DNA of 64,000 nucleotides from the human T2T-CHM13v2.0 reference genome, Homo sapiens: NCBI GenBank assembly GCA_009914755.4, contig CP068257.2, positions 13,536,001 to 13,600,000 of the forward strand, read 5' to 3'. Shown piece by piece: positions 55,133 to 64,000 of this stretch (position 1 is its first letter; each line of letters starts with the position of its first letter). The notes under the pieces were generated by a model. It saw only the letters and a program-made list of their open reading frames with translations, ran no database searches and was not told where the DNA came from. The position numbers and the translations under genes were made by a program.

Positions 55133-55500
55133 TGATATGGTTTGGCTCTGTGTCCCCACCCAAATCGCATCTGGAATTGTAATCCCCATGTGTTGAGGGA
55201 GGGAAATGACTGGATCATGGGGGCCGTTTCCCCCATGCTGTTCCCATCGTAGTGACTTATCATGAGATCTGATGGTTTTATAAATGACAGTTTCCCCTGC
55301 TGTCTTCTCTCTTGCCTGCTTCCGTGTAAGAAATGCTTGCTTCTCCTTCACCTTCCTAAAAGATTGTAAGTTTCCTGAGGCCTCCTAGCCAGGCTTCCTG
55401 TTAAGTCTGTGGATGTGTGAGTCAATTAAACCTCTTTCCTCTATAATTACCCAATCTCAGATAATATTCTTTATAGCAGTGTGAAAACAAACTAATATAG
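55133..55500 (+). mobile_element. THE1-type MaLR LTR, full length
   Basis: 'tgatatggtttggctctgtgtccccacccaaatcgcatctggaattgtaatccccatgtgttgagggagggaaatgactggatcatgggggccgtttcccccatgctgttcccatcgtagtgacttatcatgagatctgatggttttataaatg...gtcaattaaacctctttcctctataattacccaatctcagataatattctttatagcagtgtgaaaacaaactaatatag'. The match to the remembered THE1B consensus is colinear and almost end to end. Confidence 0.8.
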
Positions 55501-56067
55501 ACAGATTAACAGAAGAAAAATATTCAAATATTTTTAGTATAAGGTTTCTGTGAAATAGGAGCCTTCATAAGGAAGTGAAGACCCAGAAAAACATTTAGAG
55601 TTGTATATTTTGCAAGGTTTGATGAAGAAGTGAATTGTTGTGGAGAAGTATGATGGGACAAATCAGGGTATGATGTGATGGTAATATGCTGGGGAGAACT
55701 TAGCAAAGTCTATTTGTTCAGATCCTTCTTTGTGTCCCTGTGTCTTCAGAGATGAGAACATTCCTTTCCTCAGGGAATAGGATGGGCACCTCTCACATGA
55801 CGGTCTCATGATGGCTTTAGAGGAAGGTCAGAAAATCCTTTCTAGGTTTTGTGGCTTGTTTTAGGGGAGAAGGGTATAAAAACATCACAGAGAAACCTTC
55901 CTGCTTCTGCAGTTTTCTCAGATTATTTTGGGTTAAAATACTCAGTATGTCAAGACGACATATTCTGGGGCAGCCTTGATAGGGCTCAGATGGGAAGGGC
56001 CATCTCTGGAAATGGGAATTTATTCTACAGGTATTAAGAGGAAAACAGAGGTTTTCTTTTAATTAAT

Positions 56068-56215
56068 TTTTTTATTATACTTTAAGTTCTAGGGTACATG
56101 TGCACAACGTGCAGCTTTGTTACATATGTATACATGTCCCATGTTGGTGTGCTGCAACCTTTAACTTTGATTGAGGCACTATTCGCAATAGCAAAGACTT
56201 GGAAAACAGAGGTTT
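56068..56215 (-). mobile_element. Short L1 3'-end insert with inverted/forward (twin-priming-like) structure
   Basis: 56068-56165 'tttttttattatactttaagttctagggtacatgtgcacaacgtgcagctttgttacatatgtatacatgtcccatgttggtgtgctgcaacctttaac' is the reverse complement of the L1 extreme 3' end. It is followed by forward 'cactattcgcaatagcaaagacttggaa', which matches L1 'cactattcacaatagcaaagacttggaa'. Confidence 0.7.
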
Positions 56216-56698
56216 TAAACAGAGGCACAACAATCAAATATGCATTTAGGAAGATAACTTGACTACTGGTGGAGAAAACACTGGAAGGAAAAAGGGAAGA
56301 AGAGCAGTTTAGAATTCTCTTAAGATAATAAGGCATCTATACCCTCTGTTTGTTTCTTAGGGATCATTAATTCTCTCAAGACTCAAAAGGCTAATAATGA
56401 TTGCTGTGGAAAAATACTACTTTCCCAAAAGTGCCTATGGATTTACAGATCATCCTGAAGACAGAAGCAGAAATATGTGGGCTACAATATGAAGTAAGGA
56501 AATAAATCTTAAGTATTTTTGATTTTTTCAGAAAAATAAAAAGTACTAAAAAGTAATGTGACTTATTGAATGCAGCTATTTACAGCTGGTTGAATGGACT
56601 TATTGATCATTGGTTGATGGAGCCCAGGGCTTAAAGTTATGTAGCCAATTTGAGCAACCTATTTTATGACTACAACTGTTTGTATCCCCAAATTTCCT

Positions 56699-56888
56699 TC
56701 TTTTTTTTTTTTTTTTGTTTTGTTTTGAGACAGGGTCTCACTCTCTCTCCCAGGCTGTAGTGCAGTGGTGTGACCTCAGCTCACCGCAACCTCCGCCTCC
56801 TGGGCTCAAGTGATTCTTCTGCCTCAGCCTCCCAAGTAGCGGAACCACAGGTGCCTGCCACCACACCAGGTTAATTTTTGTATTTTTA
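56699..56888 (-). mobile_element. Alu SINE, truncated (right arm plus part of the left arm)
   Basis: 'tttttttttttttttttgttttgttttgagacagggtctcactctctctcccaggctgtagtgcagtggtgtgacctcagctcaccgcaacctccgcctcctgggctcaagtgattcttctgcctcagcctcccaagtagcggaaccacaggtgcctgccaccacaccaggttaatttttgtatttttaat'. Confidence 0.85.
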
Positions 56889-57644
56889 ATAAATTTTAGT
56901 CATGTGCTTTACTTGGGTGATAGTTATAACTTCATGAGCGACGTGTCTAGTCTCAGAATGTACCACAGTTAAAGAAAAACTCAGAAACTAAAAACCTATT
57001 TCAAAATAATAAGAATGCTTTACTCTTTCTGTTTTTAGAATACCACAAAGAGAACTCAGACCCACAGCATTCATTACCTTTTAATTCCCTTTCTGCTCTT
57101 GTTTTGCACAAAGCAATTGTATCCATGCTTCTTACTTCCAAAACTCCCTTAGAGCTCCTTCCTCTGACCCAGTCTGAACTCTGTTTTTCCCCACTTCCTA
57201 CCATTTTCCTACTGAACTTGCATGACAGAGGTTCAGAAGAACCTATCGGGTAAAGGAGGATTCCCATCAGATGGTAGGGGATGGGAAGAAACTAGGGTAA
57301 CACTGGCAGGATCCTCTTTAGCAATAAAAGTGAGGAGGATGACTGGGACCATGAGCCATTGGACCATGGAGCACCAAGTGTGAGAAAGGGTGACCCTAGA
57401 GAAGAGGGACAAGGTGAAGTATGGAAAAAGTTGGCATACATAAGTGTGGTCTTTGGTCTGATAAACTATGTCCCACTCTAGTTTTTATATCGAGTTAATG
57501 GCAGTAAAGAGAGGGTCTGAGCTATCCATTAGATTGCACTGCATTGGAAAGGCTATGATTTTATTTTTCTTAAGTCCTTAGAAAGTGGAGATACAAAGAA
57601 GACCAAATTATAAATGAAGTAATCATAAAATAACAGCTAATATA

Positions 57645-57762
57645 TTTACTGAGTGCTTATTAAGGGCCAGGTATTTTTTAAACATTATCTTATTTAATCC
57701 TCACACATAGCTCTGAGGTATATACATCTCCACTTTTTAGATAAGGGAACTGGGCTTTAGAA
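57645..57762 (-). mobile_element. MIR SINE fragment
   Basis: 'ttactgagtgcttattaagggccaggtattttttaaacattatcttatttaatcctcacacatagctctgaggtatatacatctccactttttagataagggaactgggc' is the reverse complement of the MIR 3' half. Confidence 0.6.
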
Positions 57763-57774
57763 AGTTTAAATAAT

Positions 57775-58000
57775 GGCCAGGTGCTGTGGCTCATGCCTAT
57801 AATCCCAGCACTTTGGGAGGCCAAGTAGGCCAGATCACCTGAGTTCAGGAGTTCGAGACCAGCCTGGCCAACATGGCGAAAACCCATCTCCACTAAAAGT
57901 ACAAAAATTAGCCAGGCGTGGTGGCGGGCAATTGTAATCCCAGCTACTCAGGAGCCTGAGGCAGGAGAATCGCTTGAACCCAAGAGGCGAAGGTTGCAGT
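57775..58000 (+). mobile_element. Alu SINE, 3'-truncated, with no poly-A
   Basis: 'ggccaggtgctgtggctcatgcctataatcccagcactttgggaggccaagtaggccagatcacctgagttcaggagttcgagaccagcctggccaacatggcgaaaacccatctccactaaaagtacaaaaattagccaggcgtggtggcgggcaattgtaatcccagctactcaggagcctgaggcaggagaatcgcttgaacccaagaggcgaaggttgcagtgagc'. Alu homology is then lost. Confidence 0.85.
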
Positions 58001-58635
58001 GAGCAGAGAGAGCGCTGAAGTTTAAATAACATGCTCAAATTGGTAGAGCGAGAATCTGAGCCTAGCATTTTTAGTCCAGAGTCCATAACTTAATAATTGG
58101 ACTGAGAATTTACTGTAAACTTATCCTTCCATATTAAGTCCCAGAAATAATAGATAGAAGAGTGAAAGACTTTACAAAACACATTAATTAAAGTTATTGT
58201 GTTACTGCAAGATACTTTCTCTGAATTACTGGCATTTATAAAAATGAGACTAAAATTTTCATGAATGTGAAAATTGGCTAATCTTAGAAGGAAAGCGCTT
58301 TACTAATGGCTAACAGAATTAACTAGCAATAATAACGTCTATGGAAGAAAATGACTTTAAATACTGTTTTTCAAATGAGGAAGCATCTGTTGAACATCAA
58401 CTGTACCCTGCATTTTGGAGGTCATACAAGACGTGTAAGATTTTGAACTTCAATGCTAAATGATTGCTTAGGATAGTGTATATAAAGTCTCTAACATATT
58501 CCATTGCTTACAACACGTCAGTTAATATTGTTTTTTTTTTTTTTCCTTATTCTCTGTAATGAGCTTAAGATCCGGTTGGGGAAACGTGACTAACACATCT
58601 GAAATATACATAAACTAGTGAAATATAATTAGTAT

Positions 58636-59058
58636 ATGATGTAGTTTGGATATTTGTCCCTGCCCAAATCTCTTGTTGAAATGCAATCCCCAGTGTTGGA
58701 GGTGGGGCCTGGTAGGAGGTGTTTGGATCATGCGGGTGGATCCCTCATTAATGACTTAGGCCACCTCCTTGGTGATACGTGAGCTTGCTGTGTGAGTTCA
58801 CAGGAGATCTGGCCATTTCAAGGTGGCACCCCTCCCATCTCTTGCTTCTACTTTGGCCGTGTGATGTGCCTACTCCCGCTTTGTCTTTCAGCATGATTAT
58901 AAGCTTCCTGATGCGTCCCCAGAAGCCGAGCAGATGCTAGCCCCAAGATTCCTGTAAAGCCTGCAGAACCATGAGCCAATTAAACCTCTTTTCTTTATAA
59001 ATTACCCAGTCTCAAGAATTTATTTATATAAATGCAATGCAATAATGGCCTAATACAG
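58636..59058 (+). mobile_element. MST-type (MSTA/B-like) MaLR LTR, full length
   Basis: 'tgatgtagtttggatatttgtccctgcccaaatctcttgttgaaatgcaatccccagtgttggaggtggggcctggtaggaggtgtttggatcatgcgggtggatccctcattaatg...gagccaattaaacctcttttctttataaattacccagtctcaagaatttatttatataaatgcaatgcaataatggcctaatacag' matches the MSTA consensus. Confidence 0.8.
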
Positions 59059-59228
59059 TGCAGTATAAGATACATGCAACATATTTATAATTATGTCCCA
59101 CTCTAGTTTTCATATTGGGTTAATGGCAGTAAGAGAGGGTCTGAGCTAACTATTACATTGCATTGGAAAAGCTATGATTTTATTTTTCTTAAGTCCTTAG
59201 AAAGTGCAGATACAAAGAAGTGGAGATA

Positions 59229-59252
59229 CTATATATATATATATATATATAT
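59229..59252. repeat. (AT)n microsatellite
   Basis: 'atatatatatatatatatatatat' directly upstream of the reverse-poly-A end of the next Alu. Confidence 0.9.
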
Positions 59253-59538
59253 TTGAGACAGGGTCTCACTCTGTTGCAATCATGGCTCCCTGCAGCTTCA
59301 ACCTCCTGGGCCCAAACAATCCTCCTGCCTCAGCCTTCCCAAGTAGCTGGAATTATGGGCATGCACCACTGCACTGGGCTAACATATATATATATATACA
59401 CACATATATGTATATGTATATGGTAGAGTCAAGAGTTCTTGCAAAGTTGCCCAAACTTTAACCCCAGGGCTGAAACAACCCTCCTGCCTCAGCCTCCCAA
59501 AGGGCTGGGATTACAGGCGTGAGCCAACGTGCCCAGCC
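59253..59538 (-). mobile_element. Alu SINE (old, divergent) with an internal (TA)n/(ATAC)n expansion in the A-rich linker
   Basis: 'ttgagacagggtctcactctgttgcaatcatggctccctgcagcttcaacctcctgggcccaaacaatcctcctgcctcagccttcccaagtagctggaattatgggcatgcaccactgcactgggctaacatatatatatatatacacacatatatgtatatg...cctcctgcctcagcctcccaaagggctgggattacaggcgtgagccaacgtgcccagcc'. Confidence 0.8.
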
Positions 59539-62500
59539 ACATGCAATATTTTAAATAGAAGTGAATAGTTAGGTTAGATTTCCAAAAGGAATGGGTATTT
59601 TACAGGTTGTTAAGATTTGCTTAGGTGAAGAGTCGGGAATTTATTTTAGGAAGATGAAATAATTTGAATGTATACAAGATTAAATATGAGTTTAGGGGAA
59701 TATTTAATGTATTGATACAATTGAGTTAGACTCTTTAAAACTGAAAAAAAAATTCATAAACTTCCAGCAAAATGATAAGATTTTAAATCTTTTGACTAAT
59801 TTGGGTTAAGCAGTATAATCATGATGAATGTCTTGGTAGCATATTATCCCAAGTGAATTAAGCATTATGACTGGTGACATCTGACCCCAGGAGCTTTTGA
59901 GACAAAACAAGGGGACATATCAAATGTCTGGTTTTACTCCAAAAAAACTTCAGAGTCTGGCTAAAGGCAAGTATTTTAAACATGTTTCTTAGGATAACAG
60001 CCCAGGTTTTAGGACTCTTCCAAGTCATTTGGAGAAGAGACTGTTAAATTAGAAACATCAGCTTTAGGTCTATCTGATCAGGTATTAATTTGTCCTTACA
60101 AATGAAGGTTTTTCTCCTTGTGGTGAAAATATCAAGTTAATCATCTCATGCAACTCTCAGTACTCAATATATTACCCTTAAAGTCACATACACATTAGAA
60201 TGTACAGTGAAGCAGTGATTAATGAAATATCATTTCCTAATAGGGCAAAAATTGTGTCTGGAGATACACATTTTTGCTTTTGTCTTTGTTTTTTACAGTC
60301 TTGGCATATCTTGTGTATTTTTAAGGGAATAATTTTATAAAATGAAAGTCTAAATCTTGGGAGTGACTTTTTATTTTAGAGGAGAAAATTGGATCTTGCT
60401 CAAGCTGAGATATATTGGCATTAGTCCTGCTGTGGTATATCTTGAAAAGACAACAGAAATACAACTCGACTATTATACTGCCATTCTGTTTATGCAAACT
60501 TGCAATATTCTGCATGCTGCCTGGTACATTCCAGAGACAGGAGGAGCCAAACAAAACACTTTAATAACATTAGCTCATATGAATTCATTTTTTATACAGT
60601 GCACATGGAATGAAATGTATAATCTTATCAGAATTAATTGAAATCACATGCCAAAAATGGAAATACGGTTCATTGTCTTTAATTTGGCCAAGTGCCATTT
60701 AATACCAAAAACATTTCACACAACTTCATTATTTATATAGTGTATCTAGTGGGCATCAAATGGGATAATATATATTAAAAAAGCTAAAAACCATCCTAAA
60801 ATGTAAGGTTTTCATAATAATAGCTCCCTTTGACTCAGTGTATTTTAAAAGGAAAATGTGGTATTTGTGTAGTACTTTGTATTGTGAACTTCCATTTGGT
60901 TATTTCATCAATGAGTGATTCTAAACTGTCTTTGTGAAATCTATTGATATGCTAATGCTACTGCAACTTGCAATATATAAAATGACATAAAATCAAATAT
61001 GTTTAACATTAGAATATTTTTTCTCCAAATAATTCTGAAAGAAAGGTAGAGGAAACTTAAAACTTAAGACAAAACTGATTTTAAATAAATTTTATGAATG
61101 TTTAAAGATAATATTGTAAGGTAATTAATTCCTCATTTTGGTCTCTGCAAATATTTGAAATACAATGCTAGGAAATTGTTGGCACTTGGATCCTAATGTC
61201 ATCACTTTTCAGATCCAATTTCTAACAAATATAATCATTGCTAAGCACAATATGGGGAAAATGGCACTGGTGGGTTAGGTCATGACTATATGCAACAAAC
61301 AATACAATTAACATGTTGGTACTTAGATGAAGAAAAGTACACTTTTCTTGCTCTGAAATATATCCAATTCTTACTAAGACAACTGAATTTAAAATTGTGT
61401 TTCCAAACACAATTTGGGTTCACCAGATTCCATGGTGCTGTTTCTTTAACCCTGGAAGATAAGCCTATTTATCATCTTGCTATACCTCACCATGGGTTCT
61501 TCCAATTCCACACTCTGCCTTGCAGTCTTACTGGCAGTATTCTGACACTTATTATGCAGTTCTGGGCACCCTAACCTTAGTGACCTGACCTCTTGGTGAG
61601 GGGACTTTTGACTTTGCATCCCAATCTTTCAGGATAACCATAAGGCACTTCACAATTGAATTCTGATACCTGCCCATTTACAACTACCAGGGAAAAGTCA
61701 CTTGGGAGTCCAGGTGGGGGAGTAGTTTGATCAATTAATAACACTCCAGCTGCATCATTTTCCAACAGGAAGAGCAACTCTATTGGTCAACATCTGACTA
61801 TTCAAAATTCTCCACTTACAAGAATATCTCCTGTCCTTAAATTCAAGGACTTAGTTAAAGCAGTAAGCAAACCCAGCAGGAAGTCCTCTTTGAAGTGCAG
61901 GAGCTCAGATATGCAAAAGTCTTGATCAGCACATGCTTGAAAAGTGCTTACTCTTCTCCCCTTTGGGATTGGCCATTAACTCAATTCTGGACATTCTCAA
62001 ATAAAGCTGTTTTTCAGGTTGCTTCAACTTCAGAGTCAATAAGTGAGTGGCTTTCGTCAACAAGGGTTAATAAACACTTTCCTCTGCCTCCCGCCTCCTC
62101 ACATTCCAAAGTGGACTCATTTAGCATGAATACATTAGCATTTGTAAGGGACAGCCTTACAGTTATCTACATGGAGTTCCTGGGATTACTGCAGTCTTTC
62201 TTATTTATTCTCCCTGCCTTCAAATCTCTTCCTGCTTCAAAAGATCCTACATATAACTGCATGAAAAATCTTCAACAGTCACCTCATTCTATGACTTGAG
62301 AGCTTCCCCAGGGGTCCATGTCCCATCTTATTGACTCTGCTCAACATCTCCCACCGTTCTCTCTCAACATCCCATTATTTTGACACCTCTTTCAACATGC
62401 TTCAGTGTTATTTGTCTACTCCTGGTGTCATTATTTCTGCTGTGTATATTTTTTGCCTCTGCTATAAGTTGCATTTGCATTACAATTTTTAAATTTTAAA

Positions 62501-64000
62501 ATTGCCTTCCTCCAGAAATTCTGCTGTGGTTTACCTACCTCTGACTCATCCCCTTTCTATTCATTATATCCTCCACATAAATATATGAAATTTTACCCTA
62601 TTATCTTTAAGCTGTTCTTTAACAATAGGACAATATTAATAACTACCATTTTCCAAGTCTTACTGCATTCCTTCACATATTATTTTTTATCATAGCAACA
62701 ATCTTCTGAGGTAGATATTATATTTATTTTATAGAAGAGAAACTGAAGCTTAAGGAAGTTAAGTAAGTTTATTAAGGTCACCCACATAGGGATTACCAGG
62801 GCTGGGATGTGAACCCAGATTTGGAACATCATACATAATTACTCTACTGTGCTTCTGGCTACTCAAGACACTAACCTTTACTAAACACCTAGTAGATATC
62901 GGATTCCACAGCTAAGTGATGGAGACAATAAGAGCATAGTCTCTGCCTGTCCCCCGGTTTCTCACAGCCTGGTGGAAGAAAGGATGTGGATGTCATGAGA
63001 GCAATGTGATAAATGTTCAAACATGTGGAACTGCACGGGTAAATAAGGGTGACTTATGAGAGGAAGCGACAGCTGAATTTGAAGTGGGAAGAAGGAGCTT
63101 GCCAGATAACAAGGAGAGAGGAAGTGGCCTTCTAGGTGCAGGGAAGTACCAAAACAAAGGTGTAGGAGCAGGAAGGGTCTTTAAACGTTAGGTTAGGTAA
63201 GGGCTCTTCACCCAGAGTGGCCAGAATGCAGGACTCGGATTTAGAGTGGTTGGAGGAGGATTCAGAGGCCCTGGAGACTTATAGCCCGAAGGGCTCGTAT
63301 GAAGACTAAGGGGGTAGGACTTTATCTTCTGACATGTAGTTGGCTCTGTAACATATTTCCTCTGAATTACTTTCCCTCCTGATTAAATCATAAAGGCTTT
63401 GAGGACATCTAAGCTCTTCTTATTCCCACCTGGATACTCTTCCATATAGAAAGGGAGTCATCTGTTTATTGGAGGCATTGGATGATCTGCTGTTTTTCTT
63501 GGTTGAGACTTGGTACCACCAAGAAGCAGTCAGTGCCCTCATTTTGGGAAGTATTAGATGCCTCCTGAAGATGTGGAGTCCTCATCCCAAAAGAAGTTAG
63601 ATAGCTATTTTTCAAGTAGTGTGATACTTGTGGAATCTGTATTAAAAATCCTGATAAGGAGCAAAAAGAGAAAGAGGCCCAACAGTAGCTTTAAAATAGA
63701 GAATGATCCTAGAGAAGATAAAACAGAAAGATCCAGAAGGGGACAGGTGCGTCATAATCAACATGCATCAGTTTTGCGTTGGTGAAGGGCAGTATTTTTA
63801 TTATCGTTAAAATGAGATCACTTTTTTGCACTAGGCCAGTGTGAAAAGAAAGACTTCAGGAAGGTGATGTAAGTTTAAAAGTGAGGGGAAAATCAGAAAA
63901 AAAAAAAAAGAAAAGAAAATCCAGGAGTTATATCAGTAATTCTGTGAAAGACAGCATAACATGGGTGTGTTCCTGCAGCTGTAATAGAGATATTATCCTT

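Noticed and set aside
61895-62299. 134-aa plus-strand ORF in unique sequence
   Set aside because: The translation has no recognisable domain or signal and is rich in stops in adjacent frames. It sits in AT-rich unique DNA without CpG or splice features I can see. It fits a chance ORF, although I cannot exclude a small exon without alignments.

Overview
This window is primate, almost certainly human, nuclear DNA. It is not a prokaryotic locus and I find no novel biological system in it. The evidence is about 18 Alu SINEs (several with poly-A tails and target-site duplications), L1 3'-end fragments including a roughly 2 kb L1PA-type ORF2/3'UTR piece, many MIR fragments, ERVL-MaLR LTRs (MLT1-, MST- and THE1-like), a solo HERV9-type LTR12 LTR, dinucleotide microsatellites, and strong overall CpG depletion. 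The six-frame track has no ORF above 216 aa. The longest ORFs fall in the GC-rich part of the LTR12 element or inside L1/Alu copies and are compositional artefacts. I could not identify any protein-coding exon, rRNA, tRNA or CRISPR array. The region looks like repeat-rich intronic or intergenic DNA. The most noteworthy structures are: (i) a complete solo LTR12 (37064-38620) with a 4-bp TSD, a 5' tandem-repeat module, a CCAAT-box (ATTGG) array and a CpG-rich 3' part, which belongs to an LTR class known to act as a cryptic promoter; (ii) a dense run of six same-orientation Alus at 45.0-50.3 kb; (iii) a roughly 140-bp direct duplication bracketing an Alu+MST block at 57.4-59.2 kb; (iv) two short L1 inserts with inverted/forward (twin-priming-like) structure; (v) a few unique segments that retain CpGs. 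All repeat-family names come from my memory of consensus sequences, so subfamily assignments are approximate.
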